A DNA stretch of 64,000 nucleotides, from contig CAVWLW010000001.1 of assembly GCA_963755715.1 (NCBI GenBank), positions 1-64,000 of the forward strand, in the 5' to 3' direction. How positions within the stretch are numbered: position 1 is the first letter of the stretch; every line of letters starts with the position of its first letter. Positions 44,116 through 54,777 of this stretch are shown in pieces. A program made the position numbers and the translations under genes. This DNA comes from an uncultured delta proteobacterium. Its GTDB lineage: Bacteria > Desulfobacterota > Binatia > UBA9968. The notes under the pieces were generated by a model, which was not told the DNA's origin, made no database searches, and worked only from the letters and a program-made list of their open reading frames with translations.

Positions 44116-45114
44116 GTGAAAATCGCAACTCGCATTCTCATCGGAGTTGTCGTTACGGCAATGACGATTTGGGGCATGGCAATGCTTTATTTCTCGCCGC
44201 TGCTAGCGGAACAGTGGCGCGCGCTCGCTGCCGGTGCTTACGCGGCGCTGACGCTTCTCGCTTTTCTATTTCTACCGCGGCGCGGACGCACGCTGCTCGT
44301 TTCGCTGTGCGCGTTTGCGTTGCTGGTATTTTTATTTTTCCGGATTCCCGCTTCGAACGAGCGCGACTGGCAGCCGGATGTGTCGGTTACGCCTTATGCG
44401 ACCATCAAGGGAGAATCGATCACGATTCACAACGTGAGAAATTTCGCTTATCGGACGGAAACCGATTTCACGCCGCGCTGGGAGACTCGGACGTACGATC
44501 TCAGCAAGCTCGATTCGGTCGATCTCATTGCGGTGTACTGGGCCGGCAAGGCGATCGCCCATATCATGGTGAGCTTCGGCTTTGCCGGAAAAGATTACCT
44601 CGCCGTATCGATCGAGACGCGCAAAGAGAAGGGCGAGAGCTATTCGACACTAGCGGGTTTTTTCAGGCAGTATGAACTCTACTACGTCGTTGCCGACGAG
44701 CGCGACGTCGTTGGCGTCAGAACCACCTATCGCCAACCGCAGGAGGACGTTTATATCTACCGGGTCAAAGGGCCGTTAAAAAATGCGCGGCGGGTGTTTC
44801 TCGATTATCTCGAGGGCATGAACGAACTGCACGAGCATCCCAGTTACTACAATACGCTGACGACCAACTGCACGACCAGCGTGCTGTTTCACACACGCAT
44901 GAACCCGGAGTCGCCGCCCATGTCGTGGAAAATTTTATTGAGCGGCTATGTGCCGGATTATCTGTATGAGCTCGGCCGCCTCGATACTTCGCATCCTTTC
45001 GTCGAGCTCGAACGGCTTTCGCGAGTGAACGAACGCGCTCATGCCGCCGGCGCAGACGCCGCATTTTCGCGGCGCATTCGAGAGGGCTTGCCTAACCCAG
45101 GTGCCATGCCATGA
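44116..45114 (+). CDS. DUF4105 (Lnb N-terminal-like) membrane protein
   Basis: SNERDWQPDV, HNVRNF.Y, AHIMVSFGF, YNTLTTNCTT. Confidence 0.85.
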   Translation: MKIATRILIGVVVTAMTIWGMAMLYFSPLLAEQWRALAAGAYAALTLLAFLFLPRRGRTLLVSLCAFALLVFLFFRIPASNERDWQPDVSVTPYATIKGESITIHNVRNFAYRTETDFTPRWETRTYDLSKLDSVDLIAVYWAGKAIAHIMVSFGFAGKDYLAVSIETRKEKGESYSTLAGFFRQYELYYVVADERDVVGVRTTYRQPQEDVYIYRVKGPLKNARRVFLDYLEGMNELHEHPSYYNTLTTNCTTSVLFHTRMNPESPPMSWKILLSGYVPDYLYELGRLDTSHPFVELERLSRVNERAHAAGADAAFSRRIREGLPNPGAMP

Positions 45115-46988
45115 AATTATTTGGACTGCATAAAAGTTTGACCCGCCAACTGAGGGAGTTTATTCCGGTTGCTGCTTTACTCTGTCTCGCAGCGGGGTGC
45201 GCGACGCCGATCGGCGTAAGCTATGTGGATCGCCGTGTGGCGTATGAATCGCTCACCACGAATGTGCTTTCCACCGAAAGAATGAGTTCCTTCTCCGCGC
45301 GAGAGCTGGTCAATTTTAACCTATACCAGGAATTCGAGGACAATCCGCAAAAGGCGCTTGCCGATCTGCATTCGGCTTTGGCGCCAACAGGCGACGAGGA
45401 GCGCCTGTTCGCCTTGGCCGAGCTTTCTTTTCTTCACGCCGAGAACAGCGGTGAGAGATCCTATTACCTAGCGTCCGCGGTGTACGCTTACGCGTTTTTA
45501 TATCCGGGAAAGCAAGGCACGCCGCCACGGGGAATCGACCCGCGACTGCGTTGGGCGGTGGATCTCTACAACCAGTCGCTCACCCAAGCCGCCAAGTCAG
45601 ACGAAGCCGCCTACGCCATACCGATGGGCGGCAAGTTCAAGCTGCCCTTCGGCGAGCTTACCGTTTCATTCAATGAGCGCGATCTCATATGGGGCGACTT
45701 TCGCATGAAGGATTTTGTTCCCGCAGCCGACATCGAGGTGCGCGGTTTGCGCAATCGCTACCGAACTCCGGGCATCGGTGCGGCGCTCGCCGCGTCGATC
45801 GAGCCGCTCGAGGCGAGCCCAAACAGTCCATGCGTATTCCACCCCGGCTGAAAATTCCGGTCACGGCGTTTTTGCGACTGGAAAATCCACGCGCAGCATT
45901 GGCTTCGGGAAAGCTTGAGCGGCAACCTGGAATTCTACACTCCGGACTCCGCCAGATCGCTCAAGATCGAAGGCGTCGAAGTTCCGATCGAATACGAAAC
46001 AACTTCGGCCCTCGCCCTGACTCTGGAAGGGGCGCCGGTTTGGGATTCCGAGATCGCCGGTTTTCGCTCCGGCGACTTCGCCATCGGCGGCGCGAATTTG
46101 CGCGAAGGACTGTTCATGCTCCACCCGCACAAGACCGGCCGTATCCCGGTCGTGCTCGTGCACGGCACAGCCTCGAGCCCGGCGCGCTGGGCCGAGCTCA
46201 TCAACGAATTGGAGAACGACCCGCAGTTTTGGGAAAATTACGAGATCTGGCTGTTCATGTACAACACCGGCAATCCCGTCGCTTATTCGGCGATGCTCCT
46301 GCGCGACGCTTTGATTAAAGTTGTGAAAGAGTTGGATCCCGACGATAAAGACACGGGGCTCAAGCGGATGGTGGTCGCGGGGCACAGCCAGGGCGGATTG
46401 CTGACCAAGATGACGGTGATCGACAGCGGCATGCACCTCTGGCCTTTCAGTGTGCCGCCGGAAGAGTTGGATCTTGACGTTGAAACACGCGACCTTCTTA
46501 CCCACGCACTGATGATCAAGCCTCTGCCGTTCGTGCGCCGGGTCATTTTTATTGCAACGCCGCATCGCGGCAGTTACCAGGCTCTGGGCATTCTGGGAAG
46601 CTTCGCCTCTTGGATGGTTAACTTGCCGGGCCGTTTTACAAAAATGAGTGTCGACTTCTTGACCCTGCAACGGAAGGGAATTTTTCTCGGTCCAGCGAGT
46701 AGCCGCCTCCCGACCAGCATCGATAACATGAACCCGAACAATCGCTTCATCGTGGGTTTATCCGCGATCCCCATCGCGGATGGAGTCGTCGCCAACTCCA
46801 TCGTTGGCGTTGAAGGCGGTGGCCCGCCGGCAGAGGGCGGAGACGGCGTCGTCAAGTATTCGAGCGCGCACATCGAAGGGGTCGAATCGGAGAAGATCGT
46901 AAATTCGCCACACTCGATGCAGGGTAATCCAGAAACGATCCAGGAAGTGAAGCGCATCCTGCTCAAGCACGCAAACAGTCTGCCTTGA
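45111..46988 (+). CDS. Alpha/beta-hydrolase lipoprotein (frameshifts ~45810-45915)
   Basis: Lipobox AAGC, VLVHGTASSP, GHSQGG nucleophile elbow, IATPHRGS, GDGVV. Confidence 0.85.
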
Positions 46989-47178
46989 TTAACGACGAGA
47001 ATGAGTCCGCGAGCGTCGAAACGATGAACTGTTAACTCGATCAAACTGGTAGGGACACCCGGAGACAATCGAAGAAGTGCGGCGTATCTTGCGCGAGCAT
47101 ATCGACGCGCGGTAAGTCCGCGTATCTCGACCTCAAACATCCAATCAGGCGTGTACGCTCGCCGCTCTTATGGGTATC

Positions 47179-47964
47179 CTACACAGGCAAAGTCGCCCTG
47201 CATTCAGGATATCCCGAACAGCCCCAGAACTGCGACCCGGCCTTGCTTCCCTTGCGCGCGGTACGTAACACCATCACTTTGCCGCAGGCCGAGCAGGAGG
47301 GCGCAGCCGGAGTCTTTGCTTTATCCGACCGATCGGTCTGATCAGTCGGATCGGTCCGATGAGAGTTTGCTTGCCGCCGGTTCTCCAACCGCGCAGCCGC
47401 AAGCCGCTCGCTGTAACCGCCGCCTTCAACGAACTGCCGCTCCAGCCCCTGGATCTGCCGGTCGAGCAGATAGTTCGCCTGGTGGATCAAGCAGATCAGC
47501 GCGTTAGCAATCACCGCCGGGTCGTGGTGGTCAAGCCACTCCGAGTAGAGTTTTTTTTGATCCGTCCGATCGGTCTGATCCGGCCGCTCAGTCCGATCTC
47601 TCTTCACCCCCGCCTCTCGCACCCGCCGCGCCTCGGGGTCGTCTTTTTCCCACTGCTTCAGACCACGCTGGCGCAGAAAGTCCTCGTAGTCGAGCAGCAG
47701 CTCATCGAGGCTGGCGCGCGCGACGTTCACCAACCGCAGCTCCGTCTGACTCGAAGTCGCCGAAGCCCTGCTACCCTCCGCGATGTTCTGCCGTCCGCTG
47801 CGCGCCGCCTGCACCATTTGGTCGTGCGTCCGCGACCGTTTGTCAACGAACCGATCGCAGAACACCACGGTGCCGTCGTAGATAATCTCCGTCACCTGAA
47901 ACGAGCGCAGCCGCCGGTAACCGCCATGCGGACGCAGCGTGGAATTATCGCTGCTCATTAGCAT
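47179..47964 (-). CDS. Four-helix-bundle (23S IVP-like) protein with suffix domain and topoisomerase-type C4 zinc finger
   Basis: RTHDQMVQAARSGRQNIAEGS, ARASL.ELLLDYEDFL, C..CG..MVLR...FWGCS.YP.C. Confidence 0.88.
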   Translation of the reverse strand: MLMSSDNSTLRPHGGYRRLRSFQVTEIIYDGTVVFCDRFVDKRSRTHDQMVQAARSGRQNIAEGSRASATSSQTELRLVNVARASLDELLLDYEDFLRQRGLKQWEKDDPEARRVREAGVKRDRTERPDQTDRTDQKKLYSEWLDHHDPAVIANALICLIHQANYLLDRQIQGLERQFVEGGGYSERLAAARLENRRQANSHRTDPTDQTDRSDKAKTPAAPSCSACGKVMVLRTARKGSKAGSQFWGCSGYPECRATLPV

Positions 47965-48109
47965 CCGCCTTTATGCGCACGCGCGGAACAGGAGACTTGA
48001 AAATTGAGAGAGTATGAGTTTGGCTCACAATGAACTCGACAATTGCTCGCGGATTCTACGCGATTAGAAGACGGCTTGCCAAGGCGCCGATAGAATGGCG
48101 CTCTACAGC

Positions 48110-48471
48110 TCAGGGCAGCTTAGCAAATTTCAGCAGCTCTGGATTAATGCGGTCCCACGGCTGCGCGCTGGACGTGTAGACATCCTCTGCGGGTTTGGGA
48201 TGCTGGGATCGTCGAGGCTTCCGGCATAGATTTCGATGACGGTCGGGTTGGCGCTGGATTTTGCGAATAAACGTGCGCCGCAGTTTGGGCAAAAACCGCG
48301 ACTGGCGACGCTGCCACTATCCGCAGCACTTTCGTAATATTTCGGCTAGTAGGCACCGTCGCTTGCGCGCTGGCAATCGCGGCAATGGCAATTGCCACAA
48401 AACGACGGCTCTCCGGAAAATTCATACCGCACGGCGCCGCATTGGCAGCCGCCCGTCAATGAATCGCTCAT
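48110..48471 (-). pseudogene. GFA (CENP-V) family protein with internal deletion/stop and frameshift
   Basis: [10 protein letters not shown]...CHCRDCQR, in-frame TAG at 48346-48, then RGFCPNCG. Confidence 0.75.
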
Positions 48472-48821
48472 AACTTTTTCCTCCGCGTCAAATTGCGAAT
48501 TTTCTTCTGGCAGGAAATAGCTTGCGCGGTCCACTCGCCGAGCCGCTCGGCATCTTCGAGAATTTCCAGCGGCACTTGGTAATAGCTCTTGAGAGTCTGT
48601 CTGGCGTTGGGCCGGAACGGTTTCATCTTGCGCTTGCGGTATTCGCCGACGGTCGAATCATCGATTTTGAAGTACACGCGATCTTTGTGAATGATGCCGA
48701 AAAAAGTTTCATCTTGATAAAGGCCATAGCCGCCGAACATCCGCCGCGCCTCGACGTCATCTAAGCCTCGCAGCTGGTCGAGCACAAAATCTTTGAACGA
48801 CTCGTCTTTCTGATTCATCAC
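48468..48821 (-). CDS. TfoX/Sxy N-terminal domain protein
   Basis: [24 protein letters not shown]. Confidence 0.88.
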   Translation of the reverse strand: MMNQKDESFKDFVLDQLRGLDDVEARRMFGGYGLYQDETFFGIIHKDRVYFKIDDSTVGEYRKRKMKPFRPNARQTLKSYYQVPLEILEDAERLGEWTAQAISCQKKIRNLTRRKKL

Positions 48822-48878
48822 GCGGCAAATTATGGCTTGCGGCTTCGGAACGGTTTGAACGTTTTGAACACGTTTAGT

Positions 48879-49739
48879 TTATCCGATCGCCAACCCGACG
48901 ACGCCCAACACCATCGCGCACGCCCCGGCCAAACGCCGGCGCACGTCGCCTTCGCCGAGCAGGCGCGTGCCCATGATCGTGCCGATCAGAATACTGATCT
49001 CGCGCGCCGGCGCGACGTAGCTCACCGGCGTGAAGCGCATCGCCGTGAGCACCAGAATATACGCCAGCGGGATCAAGACGGCACAGGCGATCGCCTCGTA
49101 TTTGTGCTCATGCCATTCCGTCACCGCTTGGTCTGAATATTTCAGAGCGAAGGGCGTAAGAAAAATCGCCCGGCCGACGTTGGCGCCCCAATCTAAAACC
49201 AGCGGCGTGATCGCGAAATGGCTCACCGCCCGTTTATCCCACAGCGTGTAAGCAGCGATGAACATGCCGGTGATGAGCGCATAGACGAGCGCATCGCGCG
49301 CTTCGCTCCGGCGCAATCGGGTGAGGTTGGTCGTCAAGACAACGGCGCCGCCAATGATCAGCAGGGCGCCGGCGAGCGCCAAAATGGACGGCCGCTCGCC
49401 GAGAAAAACAATCGCTGCGAGGCTCGACAGCAGCGGCCCGGTGCCACGCGCCAGCGGATAGACTAACGATAGATCACCGACTCGATAGCCCTGGTTTAGC
49501 AGCACGAAGTAGGCCGTGTGCAGCGCGGCGCTCCCGGCCATGATGCCGATCGTGACAAAGCTAATCTGTATCTGCCAAACTTCGATGATCGTGATCGTTG
49601 CTGGGGCATAGAGCAACGCCGATAGAATAGCGACCAACCAAGTAAAGGTGGCGTGCCCGCCGGCGTGCTTGTTGAGAAAATTCCAGGTGGCGTGGATGAC
49701 GGCCGCGGCCAGGATCAACGCCAATGCCGAAATGGTCAT
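48879..49739 (-). CDS. EamA/DMT family transporter
   Basis: HATWN, GDLSLVYPLARGTGP, YTLWDK, VAPAREISIL. Confidence 0.88.
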   Translation of the reverse strand: MTISALALILAAAVIHATWNFLNKHAGGHATFTWLVAILSALLYAPATITIIEVWQIQISFVTIGIMAGSAALHTAYFVLLNQGYRVGDLSLVYPLARGTGPLLSSLAAIVFLGERPSILALAGALLIIGGAVVLTTNLTRLRRSEARDALVYALITGMFIAAYTLWDKRAVSHFAITPLVLDWGANVGRAIFLTPFALKYSDQAVTEWHEHKYEAIACAVLIPLAYILVLTAMRFTPVSYVAPAREISILIGTIMGTRLLGEGDVRRRLAGACAMVLGVVGLAIG

Positions 49740-49764
49740 GGAAAAAAAATCGCCGCGCCGCGCT

Positions 49765-50238
49765 CTAATCGCCCATCGGAGTAATTGTGTCGCCGATCCG
49801 AATGACACCGCCGGTGATGATCTCGGCACGCAGGCCGCCGCGATGGATCAAGCCGCGCAGCGCGCCCTTGCGACTGAGTTTTTCCAAGTGCGCGCAGGGA
49901 TCGCAGAGGCGCGTACCGCGAAGCGTCACTGCGCCGACGGTAAACTGCCGCTCGATGAGATGATTCAAGGCCACGCCGCGGGTGACGAGATTGCGCCGCG
50001 CTTGAGCCGCAGCGATTTCGACGCCGTAGTCGCGCTTGAGCGCTTCGATCGCCTCGCTTTCGATCAACGTCACCTCCCGGCCCGAGCCGGCGTTATTGGA
50101 ATACGTTCCAATTCTGGCGAAGTAGCGATCTCCTTCGAGACCGCGGCCGGCGACGGCTTGTACCTGATTTAGGGTTTGCATCACCGCCGCGCCCGCTGGC
50201 GCGATGTGCAATGAAACCACGGAGCCTACAGCGTTCAT
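49765..50238 (-). CDS. MOSC domain protein
   Basis: GLEGDRY, RRNLVTRG, LCDPC, GGLRAEI..GG.IRIGD. Confidence 0.88.
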   Translation of the reverse strand: MNAVGSVVSLHIAPAGAAVMQTLNQVQAVAGRGLEGDRYFARIGTYSNNAGSGREVTLIESEAIEALKRDYGVEIAAAQARRNLVTRGVALNHLIERQFTVGAVTLRGTRLCDPCAHLEKLSRKGALRGLIHRGGLRAEIITGGVIRIGDTITPMGD

Positions 50239-50252
50239 GTTCTTTGAGTGAA

Positions 50253-51111
50253 TTATTTCTTGCTCGCGACCAACGCCGTGATTTCCGGCGTCTGCATGCC
50301 GTCTTTGAGCAAGTCGCACGTGCCTTTTTGTAAAATCTCCTGCGCTAAACGCTTCGCGCCGGTGATCGCGGCTTTCATAAAACCCGAGCCGTAGCTCACC
50401 CGCGCCACGCCTAAATCTTGCAGCTCTTTAATGCTCGGCGATTGCGGTCCGGCGAGAATACTGACCGGCGCTTTCACTTCCTTCGCCACGGTGCCCAATC
50501 GTTTCAGCGGCATGGAGACTGAGATAAAAAATGCAATCGCCGCCAGCCTCGGCGTAGGCATTGCCGCGCCGAATCGCTTCGTCGAGCGCCTTCTTCGGAT
50601 CGTCGGGCATAACGTGAAACGCATCGACCCGCGCGTTGAGAAAAAACTCGCTGCCGAGTTCGCGCTTTGCATCCATGACAGTTTTTATTTTGCGCAGTTG
50701 CTGCGACAGCTCGACCAATCCGCCTTTGCCTTTGGCGGCGCCGTCCTCGAGATTCATGCCGGCCACACCGCGCGCCACCAGCGCGCGCACCGTGTCGCCG
50801 ACGCCGGCTTCATCGCCGTAGCCCCTCTCGCCATCGGCGTTGAATGGCACTGTCACGGCGGCGGCGAAACTGCCACTGACCTCGATAAACATTTCCCGGC
50901 TCATCACCTCGCCGTCGGGATAACCCAACGCGACGGCGATGCCGCCGCTGGTTCCTTGGATCGCTTTGAATCCCATCTGTTCGAACAAGAGCGCGCTCAA
51001 AACATCGTAGGCGCCGGGCATGACAAGTATCTCCGGCGCGCGCACAAGCTCGCGGAGCTTGCGGCTTTTGGCGTTGGCGGTAGTGATCATCGCATTTGGT
51101 ATCGGCTCCAT
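50253..51111 (-). CDS. Isocitrate lyase/PEP mutase family protein (frameshift ~50515)
   Basis: PGAYD..SA, GYPDGE, D.E.GYG, NLEDG, NARVD, AYAEAGGDCIF. Confidence 0.87.
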
Positions 51112-51229
51112 CGTGACCTCCAGATATTTTTACAATAGTCGATCGTATCGTACGGCCTAACGGCGGATGGACGCAAGCGCCGGCGCGGGATGGACGCCGA
51201 TGCGATGCGCCGGGAAAAAATGAATGGCG

Positions 51230-52588
51230 CTATAGTGCGCGCGCGCCGCCGTGCCACTTATCCATGTGCGCGCGTTCGCTTTCGGAGAGCGCCTCGGCCC
51301 GGTAGAAGCGCTCGTAGAACTCGCTGTCGAGATGGCAGGCTTGAAAGCCGAGCACCGTGCGAAAAGGCGGCATGTACGCGGGAAATCGACCGTAGCGAGC
51401 ATGAATGTATTCGCAGTAAGCAATGGTCGCGTCGACCGCAGCGGAACTGATTTCCGGTAACAGCCTCGGCGATCGCCGCCGGATCGCGCCAGGCGCTGTG
51501 CGCCGCGCCGCCGCGGAACAGGCCTTGCGCGCCAAACTTCGCTTCCACGACGGCGCGCACGGCGTCTTTCATGCTCGGGTAGTACGGCGGACAGTAGGGC
51601 TGGAGCAAAATGTCGCCATCCCGCTCCAAGCCCAAAGCATAACGAATAGCCTGATTGCGACCGAGCAGACGCATCACCTCCCGGGTGAAAATATTCGCGC
51701 CGAGATATTTGCTCGCTGGCATCGCGCCCATGCGAAAACCCAAGGCTTCAAACCAGCTGAACTCATGCTCGGCAAAGTTGGGAAAACCGCCGAGCCCCAT
51801 GGCTTGGCAGATCAAGCCCAAATTTTGCAACATCATGCCTTGCTCTGCGGTGACCAGCTCCGAAACCATCAACTCCAAGCGCTGCACCGTGAGCACGCGG
51901 CCGTCAGAAGGATCGTCATGCAAATGGCCGCCTTTGCTGCGCGCGAAACGGCCGAGGCCGGCGGCGCGGAAGCCGGCGCGCTCATCGACGACAAAAGCGC
52001 CGCTATGTTCGTTAAAAATCTCGAGCAACCCGTTGATGTACATGAAGGTCAATTCATTGATCGGCAAGAAATAGCTCGTCCCGGAGCGTAGAGCGACCAG
52101 CGGTTGACATTGACATTAAACATCGGCGCCACCGGCGGCGCTGCCCGTCCGTCCTTGATTTTCACTCGCAGGCGCTGATAGAGCGCGGTGAAATCTTTTT
52201 TGTTCGCCTGTTCGACCAATCTCGCGATTTCCTGCGCTGGAAAATCTTGCGGCCGCTTGATCAAGTAAGTACCGTCGTCGTTGATGACAACTAACGAAAC
52301 CGTTTGGATCGCGTCGCCGCTGGCGATGGTCCGGCCGAGGGAGCGCGCTACGATCGCGCCGCCCTGGCCTTCGGCAAAGGGTAAATCGAGCAGAGCAAAT
52401 CCCGTAATGCCGCCGGCAGCAAACGTCAAACAGGCCTCTTCTTCTTCGCTTAGCGGAAACGGCGCATGCCGGCTTTGGTACGCCAGCGGTCCGGCCGGCA
52501 TCTTCATGCCCAAGCCAAAGCGCCGCGAGCGACGCTTCGTCAGCGCATCGAGCAGCGAATAATCGCCGAGCGTGTTTGTTGTCGACAT
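51230..52588 (-). CDS. Hypothetical protein, possibly nitroreductase-like fold (two frameshifts)
   Basis: RRSRRF, PLSEEEE..L, EQG...QNL.L..QAMGLGG resemble FMN-dependent nitroreductase motifs. Confidence 0.6.
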
Positions 52589-52664
52589 AGAAGCGCCTCC
52601 CATGCCCGCTTCTTATCACAGGAAGAAGCCGCGTAAGAGGCGCAAAATCCGGCCTTGAAATAGC

Positions 52665-53139
52665 CTAAGACTTTTCGACGATATCGCTCTTGAGGCTGGC
52701 AAACAGAGTAAGGATCTCGTTTCTCTCTTTATCGGGCACTTTAAATTTGTCCATTGTCGCCGTCAGGTGCTTCACGGTGATTTGCCAGTCCGACTCGGTA
52801 ATTCCCAGGCCCGCATGAACGGTCTTCATGCTTCTGCCGAAATAGTAGCAGGGTCCACCGCTCGCTTCGCAAAGCTGGTCGACCACGTGCTGGCGCAACT
52901 TACGCAGCGAATCCGCGCTGACACCGACAAAAAAACGGCTCATCTGTTTATCCGCGGCCAGCCGGCCAAGAAAATCATCCGTGACCGCCGCGATCGCATC
53001 GTAACCACCGAGGCGCTTGTACAACGACGGCGCGGCGCTGGATGATTGGGCTTGCGCCGGGCGACTCGGGACTGAACGTTCCGCACAACGTGACTGCCAA
53101 AATCACCAAGCCGACTTTTAAAGCTAATTTGCCTCTCAT
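52665..53139 (-). CDS. Group I truncated hemoglobin with N-terminal signal peptide (frameshift ~53050-53075)
   Basis: LYKRLGG, GGP..Y.GRSMKTVHAGLGIT; MRGKLALKVGLVILAV leader. Confidence 0.85.
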
Positions 53140-53172
53140 GTTTTTTCCTCCGATCGATAGTTATTCCCAGCC

Positions 53173-54773
53173 TCACAACCGAATGAAACCGCCGCTCACG
53201 AGCGCTTGGCAGGTGAGTCCGACGCCAAAGAGCACGATGAACACGGACGAAGTCAAAGGCAGCCAGCGGGTCACGATTCGCCCTTCGCCGTGAAACCGCG
53301 CCATGAATTGGCGCGCATAAACCATCAAAACACCGATGGCGATCAGCACGGCCGCCAAGCCCATGCTAAAGGCAACGATCAGCAGCAAGCCGAAGCCGAT
53401 CCGCTGCATCGATACCGCGCTCAAGAGCACGACCAGAGCCGCGGGGCACGGCACGATGCCGCCGCTGATGCCGAGGGTCATGAGCTCGCGCAATGATACT
53501 TGGCCCTCGTGATGATCGTGCTGGTGCCCATGGCCGTGATGGTGCGCGTGATGATGTGGGTGGCCCAGCCCATGATGCGAATGACCGTGATGAACATGAC
53601 CCGAGAGCGCGTCTTTCCCAGATAACGCCGCACCAAAAGAATCACGCCGAGCACCAAGATCATGACCCCGGATACCAATCCCAACCAGGGATAAAGCTGC
53701 TCCGGCACGATGTACTGCGAAGCATAGAGAGTGACCGCGCCGAGCAGATACACGCCCGCGGTGTGCGCCGCGGTGACGATCAAGCCGAGCAGCAACGCAT
53801 GCTTGAACGTGCCGCGCGAGCCGACGAGATACGCCGCGACCAAAGTCTTGCCATGTCCGGGCTCAAGGGCGTGAAACGCGCCGAGGCCGACGGCAACGCC
53901 AAGCGCCAGCAGAACGATTCCCAAGCCGAGCTGCTTGGTTGCCATAATATCCGTGAACGAATTGCGCGGCGTCGTTTGCCTGTTGGCTGCGAGTTGGACG
54001 GAAGAATCGTCGCTTGACCTTGCAGAATTCAAGTTTGTGTCTACCCTGTAGGTTTGCTCCGGCGGTAGAATTTCGTTCGACGGCTCTAACGTCTGACGAG
54101 TTGTTTTGGCGACCGAGATCGGACTGCGCACGGGAAGAACCGCTGGCGGAACGGTGCCGACGGTAAAATTGATGCGCGCTTCCAACTGCTGCGGCGGGCT
54201 GTTTAGGAGATCGGTCGGGTAATCGCTTAATTGTCGGCTGCGATCCGTGCCGGGAACCGAACTATTAATCAACTTCAAGCCGGCATCTGCTACCGCGATA
54301 ATTTCTTTCCAGCCGGCTCGTCCGGGAAAATTGCCATCGCGATAATCCAATGACCGTTCTTCGCCCATCGATGCTTCTTCGAGCTTTGCTCTAAAAAGCA
54401 TGCCGATTTTCATCGTCGGCAAACCACCCGCGCCCGGCGGAAAAATGATCTCCCTCGAATCAAGTTGAAGCCATAGTGGCTTGCCGCCGACCTGCAGCGA
54501 CAAACCATCGCGCAGAATCTCCGCCTTGCGTGTGAGATAGGCTTGTAAGTTGACGTCGTCGAGATCGACGGTGATCCTGTTTTCTTGCATTTCCTGGAAA
54601 GTCGGAATTTCGGCCATATCGATGATGTATCTGAGCTCGACCGCGTCTTTGCCGATACGAATCGCCGAATAATGGCTGATGCTGAAATTTCCCAGAGGAT
54701 GAGCCGTCGCTCGGTCGGCGCCGAAAATCGTCAAAACGGCGAACCAGATAACGGCGATCCGGCGCATGTCCAT
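53173..54773 (-). CDS. Ni/Co transporter (RcnA/HoxN family) fused to an exported N-terminal domain, His-rich loop (frameshift ~53610)
   Basis: AHPLGNFS, HALEPGHGKT, HHGHSHH..HHHAHHHGHGHQHDHH, GISGGIVPCPAAL. Confidence 0.87.
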
Positions 54774-54777
54774 CGCT

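Noticed and set aside
48346-48348. In-frame TAG in the GFA gene as pyrrolysine or read-through
   Set aside because: It coincides with a missing stretch of the GFA domain and there is a second frameshift; a deletion scar is the simpler explanation.
53500-53600. CAT/CAC-rich low-complexity tract as a DNA repeat element
   Set aside because: It encodes the His-rich loop of the RcnA/HoxN-type transporter.
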